Origin: a virus
Reading direction: 5' to 3' (one strand)
Virus record (IMG/VR): IMGVR_UViG_3300042876_000902
Location: 17,969-81,968 of that record
DNA: 64,000 bases
The position numbers and the translations under genes were made by a program. Shown in pieces: positions 47,149 through 57,074 of this stretch (position 1 is its first letter; each line of letters begins with the position of its first letter). The notes beneath the pieces were generated by a model that made no database searches, was not told where the DNA came from, and worked only from the letters and a program-made list of their open reading frames with translations.

Positions 47149-50100
47149 CGTCGCCTCCTCTTGAGTCGCCGTGCCTTCTTGAGCCACCGCCGGTTCGCCG
47201 CCATCTCGTCCTTGGCAGCGACCATCCTATCTCGGTCGACGTACTGATGTCTGCCGGCCACCGACCACATCCAGCGAGGCCAGGCGAGGTGGAGCAGCCG
47301 GTGGAGGAGCCCGGGGCTCTCCTCCACCTGGTGGACGTCGTGGTCCTCGGGCTTCTTGCAGTGAGCGCAGCGCCCCGGCTTGAAAACCCGGCTGCTCACA
47401 CGAGCCTCGGCTTCGGCGGCATCCCGCTCGCGAGAACGAGCCGCGAGGCGGGCGACTTGATGGTGATGAACCCCTCCTCGTCGGGTGGCTCGATGACGAC
47501 CCGGAACTTGTGGGTCGCCGACCGCTCCATCTCCTCCTTCACGTTGAAGCGGACCTGCCCGCCCGAGGCGTTGACGACGCACGCGAGCTGCTGTGCCAGC
47601 TCGGCCCGCTCCCGCTGGATGGAGCCCATGAAGTGCTGAGCGAAGAGCTGCCACCAGCGGCGGTCGATCTCCGTCGTCAGGCAGGCGTCGGTGAAGTGCA
47701 TCACCATCTCCACCTTCTGCCCGTCGACCTCCTCGCCCACCGGCTTCCCGCTGAGGATCCCCGGGTTCGCCTTGCCGCAGTTGCAGGGCGGGCCCTCCGG
47801 CCGCTCGGGCGCCCTGTCCTTGATGAAGCTCATGTCGTTCACCTCACGTCGTAGTGGTCGTTCTTGCTGCAGTTGCAGTGCGGGTTGTCGCAGAAGCTGA
47901 CGTTCCTCCGCTCGACCTTCTCGATGGGCGGCGAGAAGAGGGTGTGGATGGCGAAGAACACGAGCACGGCGACGGAGATGACCATCGACACCACGGCCAT
48001 CGTCGCGGCGATGTGGGTCAGGATCGTCACGACCGCCTCCCGAGAGCGCGCTCCAGCCGCTCGACCCACTCGTCCTCGCCCATCGTCTTGCACCCGGCAC
48101 AGTCACGAGCGTGCGTGGTGACCTTCTCGCCGCCCTTGAGCGTGAGCTGCTCGGTCCGGTGCGTCAGGTGGGCGAGGTCGGCCAGGAGCTTGCGCATCTC
48201 GTCCAGCCTCGCGCGAGCCCCTCTCCACCCCTCCTCGGCCGCGTCCCGGTTCATCCGGGCGACGCGGAGGAGCCCGAGCACCTCGTCGGCCTCGTCGTGC
48301 CCGCCGCTCGGCTCCACCTTCTCCGCCGCGAGGGCTTCCCGGAGCTTCGTCACCTGCGCCTCGCCCTTCTTGAGCAACTGGAGCGAGACGGTCTCGTCCA
48401 TGACGAGCACGCGAACGTTCGGGAACCGCGGGTTGAGCACCGCGAGCACCTTGGCCTGAACCCGCTCGACGACCTCCGGCGGAACCGGCCTCGTGGTCTT
48501 GACGACCACCACGTCGCCGTCCTCGACCTCCAACTTCACCACGACCGCCCCGTCATCGACGACCGGGAACTCCAGCTTGCTCGCCATCACGCACCTCCCT
48601 TGAGGATCTTCAGCTCCTCTTTCATCCTGCGCCACTTCGAGAGCAGCTCCATCATGTCCAGCAAGCACAGCTCCTTCGGATCCCGGTCCGCGAGGACCGA
48701 CAGCACCCCGAGCATCGTCCCGTACTGGTTGCGGAACTCGACCATCTGCTCCTTCGTGAGATTGACCGTCTGAGCCGCCGGGAACGCCGAGGGGTCGGGG
48801 AGGTCGCTCCGCGAGAACCGGCTCGACCGCTCCGGCTTGGAGAGGAGCAGCTTCATCACCGTGCTGAACTGTTCATCGGTCATCATTCCCTCCCGCGCAC
48901 CGCGATGAGCAGCTGATGTTCGAGCCGCTGGATCTCCGACCGGGTCTCGTTCACCTGGGTGTCGAGGGCGTCGGCCTGCTGCCTGAGTTGGTTGCGCCGC
49001 GCGTTCAGCTCCTTCAGCCTCGCCTCCGCGCCGCGGATGGCCAGCGCCAGCTCCCCGACGCCTTCCTCGACCTCGACCGGCTCCTTCACCTTCTTGCTAT
49101 CCGCCATCGGCCACCTCCTTCTCGTCCGCGTTCATGCACCGCTCGCACGGCATCGACTCCCGGCCTCCGCACGATTCGCACTTCTGCTGGAGGACATCCA
49201 TCGGCTCGCCGCAGGTGACGCAGAGCATCCCAGCCCCGTGGCACTCGTCGCAATCTTCGAGGCTCACGGCCTGCTCCGTCTGGCCCAGAGCTGCTCCGCC
49301 TGGACCCGCCGCACGAAGTCGCCGACCGCGGTGTAGAAGACCGCGTCCAGCTCGTGCCCATGCCGACCGCAGGCGCGGGTCCGCGCCGACTCCGGGGAGG
49401 CGAGCCAGAGGTCGTAGCAGGTCCCGCAGAGGTGGACGGGCCGCGCCCCCTGCCCCATGGTCTTCGACCCGTCCGACTGCTTCATGCAGACCTCGCACAT
49501 CGGCAGCTTCTTCGCCCGTGCGATGTCCTCGTCGACCTTCTCCGACTCGTTGATCATGTCAGGATCCTCATCTGCTTGCCCTTCGGCCGGAGGGTCACCC
49601 CGCGCCGGAGGAGGGTCTTCTTGATAACGGTGGAGCCGACCCCGAAGCGCTCCTCCAGCGACGACAGCGGGAGGTTCTCCTCGGTGTACGCCCGCTCCAG
49701 CCGCCGCTCCTCGTCCTCGCTGAGCGTCTTCTTCATCACGGCGCGACGACCTCGACGGTGACCTCCGACCCCACCTCGAAGGTCCCGGGCTCGGCGGTGA
49801 AGTGAAGCTCCATCAGCGAGCCGAAACCGTCGACCGCGACCCGGACGTGGGTGACGGTCCGGGTCGCCTTGAAGCAGCCACAGCCGAGGTCGTGCGTGTC
49901 CTCGACGACCGAGACGACGCGGGCCGGGATCCGGGCGAGCACCTTGACGCGCTTCGCCTTCACCAGCTCGTCCTCCAGCCGGTCGATCTCGTCGGCGTAC
50001 TCGCGCAGCTTGTCCTTCACCCGCTGCGCCGCCATGAGCAGCGTCTCGCCCGTCCTCGCTCCGAGCACCGCGCTGATGTCCTCGGAGTGCTTGATGAGCC

Positions 50101-51555
50101 CATCCTCCAGCTCGCGCTTCTGCGTCTCGAGCTGCTCCACCTCGCCCACGACCAACCGCAGCTTCTCGCTCGTCGCCATGTTCTTCTCCCCGCCGTCGAG
50201 GATGACCGGCTTGCCCACGTACCCACCACAGCTTCCCTTGAACATCTCCTTGACCTTCGCCCTGAAGCTCTTCGGGATGATGAATCCTCGCCCGTCGGCT
50301 GGCGTCACGGTGACGTTGACTACCACCTGCTTGTCGCCGAGCGGGCCGTACTCCCTCACCAGCTCCTCGAACTTCTCCACGATCCACTTCGGGAGGATGA
50401 CCATTTCAGTTCGCCCCCTCCGGCGCGGGCTCGCTGAACCCGAAGATCAAGCCCCACGGGAAGAGGTGCGCGGCGTGGCAGTTGCCGCAGCACGCCACGA
50501 TGAACGGGAACGTCCGGAGGGGGTCGATCCCCATCGTGTTCGTCTCCGTCTTCGGCTGCCAGACCGGCGGGCCGACCGGGTCGTCCTGCACGATGAGATG
50601 CCCGCTGCAGTTGCACAGCGCGCACGGCGGGCTCCCGACCTTCTCCCCGAGGAACTTCTCCACCTGCTCCTTCTGCTTCAACGACATCGCCATGACCTTC
50701 TCCCTTCAGACCGCGCCGACCACCGACGCGTAGGTGATGAGCCGCTCCTTCCACGAGAGCGGGAGGACCCGCTCCCTGACCTTGACCCCGGGCGCCACCG
50801 TCACGAAGACGGCGAACGTGTCGCTGCGGTCCGCCCTCGCCTTCAGGCAGATCTGGCAGGTCGGCTCGCCCTTCGTCACTCGCATCTCAGGGTAATCCCT
50901 GACGCGGAGGCCGCAGGCCGTATGCCCACCCGGCGTCACGTCGTAGCTGTAGCCCCGGACGTGGGTCCTCCTGCTGGTCACGCGAGCCCCTCCCGCCGGG
51001 CGAACGACCGGGCGACGAACAGCGTGCCGGTGCTGCCCTCCTCCGGCTCCGCCTCGGAGGCATCCCAGTCGATGCAGGCCTGGGGGATCCACTGCTCGTC
51101 CACGTCGGCGTCCTCGCAGCGGACCATCACGGCTCGCGGGGTGACCTTCCGGATCTCCACCTCCAGCTCGACCAGCTCGCCCAGCTCGCTCGTCATGGCC
51201 GCCTCCGCGCTTCGAGGTCCCTCGTCACCTCGCCCTCGAGCACCTTGGCGGTGCGCCGCGCCTCGTCGGCCCGGTCGAGCATCCCGCGGGCGAGAAGCTG
51301 CAGCTGGTGTGCCTGCCGCTCCAGATCCGCCACCGCCGCCTCCACGAACTGCCCGCCGAAGGGGAACGGCTCCTCCCCGAGCCGGAAGGTCGCGATGCCC
51401 TTGTCGATGTGCTCGAGTTTCAGCACGAGCACCTTCTCTCCGGTGAACTGGACCCCGGCGAGGTCCGTCCTGACCGCCGTCCGCAGCTTCAGCTCGTCCC
51501 CGATGGCGAGGACCACGGTCTCGGGCGGGACGCCCCTGATCTCGATCGCGCTCAT
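47145..51555 (-). other. Block of ~14 small coupled hypothetical CDSs (Zn-ribbon, coiled-coil, HTH 49554-49736)
   Basis: Overlapping stop/start codons across the block. Confidence 0.55.
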
Positions 51556-51761
51556 CTCGTCATCTCCTTCTCGTTGTCGATCCGGGCGGCGTCGATCTTC
51601 TTGGCCGCCACCTTCGGGTCCTCGCTCACCGCCCACTCGTCGCCGTTCCGCATCGTGACGACTGCGCCGGTCGCGTCGTGGTTCGCGGTGATGGTCGCCA
51701 CCAGCTCCGGGTTGAAGAAGACCTCGCCGCCGGTCCGGCGGGTCAACATCGCGAGCCTCAC
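51552..51761 (-). CDS. FlbD-like small protein
   Basis: LTR.TG.EVFFNP.LV.TI..V.M.NG..W.V.E. Confidence 0.55.
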   Translation of the reverse strand: MRLAMLTRRTGGEVFFNPELVATITANHDATGAVVTMRNGDEWAVSEDPKVAAKKIDAARIDNEKEMTR

Positions 51762-52033
51762 AGCGTCCGCCTCGGCATCTCCGACGGCCCGCCCACCGGC
51801 TTCGGTGCCTTCTCGACGTCCACGTACTTCCCGCGCTCCGGCTCCGAGAGCACCTCGCAGGCCTGCTCGTCGAACCACTGCGACTTGTGCGGGAGCCCGT
51901 CCTTGTCGAGGCCGAGTGGGGTGATGTCGATCTTGTCGCACCCCGTCAGGTACTCGTGCCGCGCGCTGACGACGCCGGTGAATCCCGAGATGCGGTCCTT
52001 CGCGATGCTGCCCAGCTTCACGTTCTTGGCCAT
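51758..52033 (-). CDS. Hypothetical phage protein
   Basis: LG..AKD.ISGF.GVV....YLTGC..WFDE. Confidence 0.6.
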   Translation of the reverse strand: MAKNVKLGSIAKDRISGFTGVVSARHEYLTGCDKIDITPLGLDKDGLPHKSQWFDEQACEVLSEPERGKYVDVEKAPKPVGGPSEMPRRTL

Positions 52034-52128
52034 GGCTCTCTCCGTTCGCGGCTCCTTGCCGCTCCTCCCTCTTACCCTGCTTGGCTGATGATTCGGAGGG
52101 TCATCGAATCATCGGCAGTACCTTCGGG

Positions 52129-54330
52129 TCAGAACTTCTTGGCACGCTTCTTCGGCGGCTCCTCCGGGGCGAACCCCTCCTTCCGCAGCTCATCCTCCAC
52201 GTGCTTCTGCACCCCGTCCCGCCCGGCGGCGTTCCACTTCTGGGCGTTCTTCACCCGGATGACGTAGCCCTTCCACGTCCGGCCGAAGACCTTGAGCGGC
52301 ACGGCGCTCGCCCGCGGGAACCTCATCTGCTGGAGGAGGACGCCCATCGCGTTCACCGTCACCGGCTCCTTCTTGCGAACGCGGTCGAAGAACGTGACGA
52401 CCTCCGACGAGGTGTAGATGTCCCTGGTCAGCGCGCCGTTCGCGCCCCAGAGCACGGAGTCGGGGTCCTCGCGGAGCGCGGCGAGGAACTGCGCGGCCTC
52501 GCTGCGGGTCGCGCCGATCATCTCCTCCTTGCTCTCGGTCATCGGGGCCCAGCCCGTCGGCTCGAAGGCGTCCAGGTTCACCTCGTGCCGGAAGTGCCAG
52601 AGCAGGTGGCTCGGCCCGCCGCCCGCGAGCCACTCGTAGTACCTCCGCCAGAACGGTCCGCACTCCCGGCAGCGGTCGACCTCTGCCTGCGTCATGTGGA
52701 AGTCGCGGCCGCAGATGGCCTTGAGGATCTGGTGGATGGCGAAGCGGCGGTCGCCCTCGTCGACGCGGAGGACGTTGGGGCGGTTGGACGTCTCGTAGAA
52801 GTTGGCGTGGTCAGGGAGCGGATACTGCGGGACGTGCTTGACGTTGCACTGCAGGAACTCCTCCGTGATGAGCTTCTTCAGGATGTCGACCTTCCGCTGG
52901 GCATCGGACCCGGTCATGTCATCGATCATCACGAACTGCTTGCCGATGGCCCACCAGTTGAAGTCCGATTCGAGGTCGTTCTGGTTGATCTCGCTGTAGT
53001 TGTTCCCGTAGATGAGCCCGAGGGTCTTCCCGATCACCGACTTCCCGACGCCCTGCCCGTGCGACCAGATGCAGAGCGAGGTGTTCAGCTTCCCGGCCTC
53101 CGGGTGGGCGATGGGCCAGGCAAACCACTTCTCTCCCCACCTCCGCATCTCGGGCGACCCGTCGAAGACCCGGTCGAGGAGGTCCGTCCACGGGCCCACG
53201 TCGCCCTTCTCCTCCTCGACGCCCCAGCCGCCCCACGTGTTGTAGCAGTCGCCGACGATCCTCGGCTGCCCCGGCGCGTAGGTCGCGAAGGAGTGCTCGC
53301 GGCGCATCGGCCAGTCCGCCCACTCGAACGCCACCTTGACGTCCTGCAGCTTCGGCCGCCCGTCCTCCTCCACGCTGACGATCTTCTTCGCCCACACGTT
53401 CGAGTAGTGGACGTTCTTGAAGTCGGAGAGGGCCATCTGCGGCGTGTTCCTCCACCGCTTCTGGGTCGGGTCGTGCAGCTCCTCGACCGCCCGCTCGTCG
53501 ATGACGAAGCCGGGGTGCTTGATCATCACGAAGCGCGAGTTGAACTCCCACAGCTTCCGGGCGAGGTCGTCGGGCACGGCGTCGTCGAGCAGCCGCTGGA
53601 ACTCCTCGTCACCCTCGGCCACGAGGAAGTCGTCGAGCCCCGTCTTCTCCACGTCGGGGAGGTCGGGGAGGTTCACGACGGCGGTGGTCGCGCCCTCCTG
53701 CGTGATGGTGTTCGTGAAGCGTACCATCGCCCGCATGACGGCGGGCTTCCGGGCGGCGTCGGCGTCGAAGACCAGGTACACCTGACGCCCGAGCCACTTC
53801 ATCTCCTTCAGCTCGGGGAGGAGCGCCCAGCCCCGCTTGCTGCTCGAGAAGCTGTCCACTCCGGGGAGGGCGAAGCAAGCGTGCCCGCGCTTGGCGGCGC
53901 AGGCACTCTTCAGCTCACCCTCTGTCACGACGATGGGGACGCTCGTGTCCTTCGCCACCTTCTCCCAGTTCACGAGGCGCGGGAAGTAGGCCGCGGGCGG
54001 GCACCCGACCGGCCGGATGTACCGCTTCTGCCCGTCCTTGCTCAGGTCGGCGAACCCCTCCACCGGGTACTCGCCCAGGAGCCGCACGCAGCAGACCCCG
54101 CGGCGCGGCTCGCCCGCGAGGTTGTGGTACTGGATCTTCAGGCCCGGCATGTCGGGCACGCCCTTGTTCTTCGCGAGGACCAGCTTCACCTCCTTGATCG
54201 TCAGCACCTCGATGCCGAGGAGCTTCGCGTCCTTCGTGTCGAGGCCCGAGCTTGCCAGCTTCGCAGCCGCGAGCGCGCCGGGCGTTCCCTTCCCCTCCCG
54301 CTGCTTCGCCACCTTGCCCTCCTCGCTCAT
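52129..54330 (-). CDS. Primase (TOPRIM, DUF3854-like)-SF3 helicase (DUF5906-like)
   Basis: VTEGELK, FDAD, KTGLDDFL; GQGVGKS; TSN..DRRF. Confidence 0.9.
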   Translation of the reverse strand: MSEEGKVAKQREGKGTPGALAAAKLASSGLDTKDAKLLGIEVLTIKEVKLVLAKNKGVPDMPGLKIQYHNLAGEPRRGVCCVRLLGEYPVEGFADLSKDGQKRYIRPVGCPPAAYFPRLVNWEKVAKDTSVPIVVTEGELKSACAAKRGHACFALPGVDSFSSSKRGWALLPELKEMKWLGRQVYLVFDADAARKPAVMRAMVRFTNTITQEGATTAVVNLPDLPDVEKTGLDDFLVAEGDEEFQRLLDDAVPDDLARKLWEFNSRFVMIKHPGFVIDERAVEELHDPTQKRWRNTPQMALSDFKNVHYSNVWAKKIVSVEEDGRPKLQDVKVAFEWADWPMRREHSFATYAPGQPRIVGDCYNTWGGWGVEEEKGDVGPWTDLLDRVFDGSPEMRRWGEKWFAWPIAHPEAGKLNTSLCIWSHGQGVGKSVIGKTLGLIYGNNYSEINQNDLESDFNWWAIGKQFVMIDDMTGSDAQRKVDILKKLITEEFLQCNVKHVPQYPLPDHANFYETSNRPNVLRVDEGDRRFAIHQILKAICGRDFHMTQAEVDRCRECGPFWRRYYEWLAGGGPSHLLWHFRHEVNLDAFEPTGWAPMTESKEEMIGATRSEAAQFLAALREDPDSVLWGANGALTRDIYTSSEVVTFFDRVRKKEPVTVNAMGVLLQQMRFPRASAVPLKVFGRTWKGYVIRVKNAQKWNAAGRDGVQKHVEDELRKEGFAPEEPPKKRAKKF

Positions 54331-55040
54331 CTCCGCTCCCCGACCTGCCGCCCGTCCACGATGACCCGCTCGATGCGCTCCTTCAGCCTCTTCTCGACCT
54401 GTCTCACCCGCTCGCGGGACACGCCGTGATCCTTCCCGATCTCCGCCAGCGACAGTGGCGCGTCGCTCAGGAGCCGCCGCGCCACGATGTCAAGCTCGAG
54501 CGCGCTGTGCGCCGAGATGTTCGACGCCCACACCACCTCGCCGCGCCGCTCCAGCGCCTCGGCCGCCTCCAGCGGCGACGGGCCGCCGTCCTCGATGATC
54601 TCGAAGCGCGACAGCTCGACCCCGTCCTCGGTCACCGTGTTCGGGACCAGCGACAGGTTGGCCAGCTTCATCCGGTCGACCGACCCGCCGAAGGGGAGCC
54701 GGTGCCGCGTCACCGCCATCGCGACGTAGGCCCGGATCCAGTTCTGCGCGTACGACGCGAACCGCACACCGCGCCCCGCGTCGAAGCGGTCCGCCGCGAC
54801 GCACAGACCAAGCACGCCCTCGTGGGCGAGGTCCGCCACCCGGATGCCCGGCGTCCTCGCGTACGGCTTGAGGACGAAGATGACGAGGCGCAGGTTGTGC
54901 TCGATGAGGAGCTTCCGCGCCCATCGGTCCCCGGCCGCCACCCGGCGGGCCAGCTCGACCTCCTCCTCTTTGCTCAGCACGTGCCTCGACGCCGCCATCT
55001 TGGCGAAGCGCTTGAAGCTCGGGTCGTCCCAGACGTTCAT
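54327..55040 (-). CDS. sigma70-family (RpoH/RpoD-like) sigma factor
   Basis: LSKEEE..L, HNLRLV, DL.HEG..GL..A..RFD..RG.RF.SYA..WIR, GVSRERVRQVE. Confidence 0.9.
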   Translation of the reverse strand: MNVWDDPSFKRFAKMAASRHVLSKEEEVELARRVAAGDRWARKLLIEHNLRLVIFVLKPYARTPGIRVADLAHEGVLGLCVAADRFDAGRGVRFASYAQNWIRAYVAMAVTRHRLPFGGSVDRMKLANLSLVPNTVTEDGVELSRFEIIEDGGPSPLEAAEALERRGEVVWASNISAHSALELDIVARRLLSDAPLSLAEIGKDHGVSRERVRQVEKRLKERIERVIVDGRQVGERR

Positions 55041-55264
55041 CCCGCCCTCCCCTTCGTCCACAGCGGCGGGTCCAACGGCCGCCTCGGCTCCGCCCTCTTC
55101 GCTCCCATGTCGATGAAGACCCGGAGGTCGCAACTGCACCGGGGGCAGCGGGCGTGCCCCGCGACCCCCGGCTTGGGCCGGACCGTCATCACCTCGCCCT
55201 TGCAGCGGAAGCAGAGGACGACGCACGGCTCGCCCTCCACCTCCCTGACCCGCCCCCTCGCCAC
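55037..55264 (-). CDS. Small zinc-ribbon protein
   Basis: CFRC..CPRC. Confidence 0.5.
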   Translation of the reverse strand: MARGRVREVEGEPCVVLCFRCKGEVMTVRPKPGVAGHARCPRCSCDLRVFIDMGAKRAEPRRPLDPPLWTKGRAG

Positions 55265-55267
55265 GCT

Positions 55268-55870
55268 CTATCCCACCGAGACGGCGCGGCTGAGCCCGAG
55301 GCGCTTGTACGCCGCGCAGACGGCACGGGCTTGGCGCCGGGCGTCGTGGAGCGCATCGTGTATCACCTCGCCCTCCTGCACCGGCCCGGCCAGCTCGTCG
55401 ATCACCTTGGCGGCGTCGACCTCCGGGCAGGCGAGGGCGAAGAGGGTCCGGGTGTCTCGCGGCGCCCGGTAGTGCCACGGCACGGAGAGCTTCGTCTGGC
55501 GGAAGGCGTCCTCCAGGATCGCCACGTCGAAGAGGATGCCGTGAGCCCAGACGCCCTCGACCCTCCGCTCGCCGAAGACGTCCTGCATCCAGACGCGGAG
55601 GTCGACGAGTGCGTCCATGAGGTCGCTCGTCGAGAGGCCCCACGGCCCCGCCCGCGGCGACCACGCGGAGAGCCGCGCCTCCTCCTTCTGCGTCATCCCC
55701 CACATCACCGTGTCGCCGTCGACCTCCCGGTTCTGCTGCGGCTTCACCCGCTCCTTGAACTCCCGGCCGAGCTTCCCCTCGACCGGGCAGAACTCCACCG
55801 CCCCGATCTGCAGGATGCCCGCTCGCGCCGTCTTGCCCGTCGTCTCCAGGTCCACCATCACGTGGTTCAC
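55268..55870 (-). CDS. DEDDh 3'-5' exonuclease (Rv2179c/DUF5051-like)
   Basis: MVDLET..IGAV..FD..IL..RDTRT..HDALHDA. Confidence 0.85.
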   Translation of the reverse strand: MNHVMVDLETTGKTARAGILQIGAVEFCPVEGKLGREFKERVKPQQNREVDGDTVMWGMTQKEEARLSAWSPRAGPWGLSTSDLMDALVDLRVWMQDVFGERRVEGVWAHGILFDVAILEDAFRQTKLSVPWHYRAPRDTRTLFALACPEVDAAKVIDELAGPVQEGEVIHDALHDARRQARAVCAAYKRLGLSRAVSVG

Positions 55871-56076
55871 TTCGCCGCCTTCCTTTCTTTGACCAGCTGC
55901 TGAACCTCTCCCCTCACCTTCTCGACCACCGCCTCGACGCAGGTCTGACAAGTGTCCCCGAGCGGGAGCCACAGCTCATCCTGCCCGGAGTCGTCGCAGT
56001 AGACTCTGACGGTGTACTGCTCCATGTGCTCCTTCTCCGCGCCGCAGACGTCGCAGACCGTGATCGTCTTCTTCAT
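55867..56076 (-). CDS. Small Cys-rich hypothetical protein
   Basis: CDVCG..CQTC; coupled overlaps. Confidence 0.5.
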   Translation of the reverse strand: MKKTITVCDVCGAEKEHMEQYTVRVYCDDSGQDELWLPLGDTCQTCVEAVVEKVRGEVQQLVKERKAAK

Positions 56077-57074
56077 GACTTCAACCATTCTGGGTGATCG
56101 AGGGACCACTTCACCACACGCTCGAGGCTCTGCTCGAAGGAGACGGGCGGCGCCCACCCCAGTGCCGCGAGCTTCGAGCCGTCGAGCGCGTACCGCAGGT
56201 CATGGCCGGGGCGCTGCGAGTGGAAGTCTGTCATCACGTGGCGCAGCGGCTTGCCCACGAACCCGGCGATGAGCTGGGCGAGCCGCAGGTTGTCGCACTC
56301 CTCCTCCCCGACGATGTTGAACTTGTCCCCGACCCTTCCGTGCTGGAGGATGAACATGACGGCGTGAGCGACGTTCCGGGCGTGGATGTAGAAGCGGCTC
56401 CCCGCCTTGGTCAGGTCCGCGTTCGCGTGGACGACGACGAGCTGCCCGTCGCGGACCCGGCGGATGGTCCCGGGGACGAACTTCTCCGGGTGCTGCCGCT
56501 CGCCGATGACGTTCATGCAGTGGGTGATGAGCACCGGCAGCCCGTACGTGTTGTGGTACGCGAGGCACAGCTCCTCGGCCCCCGCCTTCGTGGCGCTGTA
56601 CGGGTTGCCCGAGCGGTAGCGGTCCCACTCCTTGTAGGCGACGCCCTCGGGCGCCGGGCCGAACACCTCGTCCGTGGAGAAGTAGACGAAGCGCACCGGA
56701 TCGTGCCACCGTGCGTACTCGAGCAGGTTGGCCGTCGCGACTACGTTGTCGTACACGAACGAGAGCGGGTCGCTGATGGAGCGGTCGACGTGGGTCGCCG
56801 CCGCCAGGTGGAAGACGTAGTCCACCGGCCCGATCTGCTGAGCGAGCTGGGGCGAGACCGGTGCCTTGAGGTCGTGCCACACCCAGCGGCAGCGGTGACG
56901 GTGTCCGTCCCAGCCTGCGATCTCGGCGATGCGGTTGAGGTTCCCCGAGAGGTCGAGCCGGTCGAGGAAGACGATGCTCCAGTCCGTGTTGCGGAGCACG
57001 TGCTCCGCGACGTGATGCCCGATGAACCCCGCCCCGCCCGTGAGCAGGACGACCTTGCTGCCTCTCTTCTTCAT
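56073..57074 (-). CDS. rmlB: dTDP-glucose 4,6-dehydratase-like NDP-sugar dehydratase
   Basis: TGGAGFIG, HLAA.THVDRSI, STDEVFG, YSATK, RPGHDLRYA. Confidence 0.9.
   Translation of the reverse strand: MKKRGSKVVLLTGGAGFIGHHVAEHVLRNTDWSIVFLDRLDLSGNLNRIAEIAGWDGHRHRCRWVWHDLKAPVSPQLAQQIGPVDYVFHLAAATHVDRSISDPLSFVYDNVVATANLLEYARWHDPVRFVYFSTDEVFGPAPEGVAYKEWDRYRSGNPYSATKAGAEELCLAYHNTYGLPVLITHCMNVIGERQHPEKFVPGTIRRVRDGQLVVVHANADLTKAGSRFYIHARNVAHAVMFILQHGRVGDKFNIVGEEECDNLRLAQLIAGFVGKPLRHVMTDFHSQRPGHDLRYALDGSKLAALGWAPPVSFEQSLERVVKWSLDHPEWLKS

Noticed and set aside
52081-54429. Long antisense ORFs (e.g. + 782 aa here, 40846-42615, 33831-35510; - 2296-3498)
   Set aside because: Shadow ORFs from high-GC codon bias opposite genes with clear motifs
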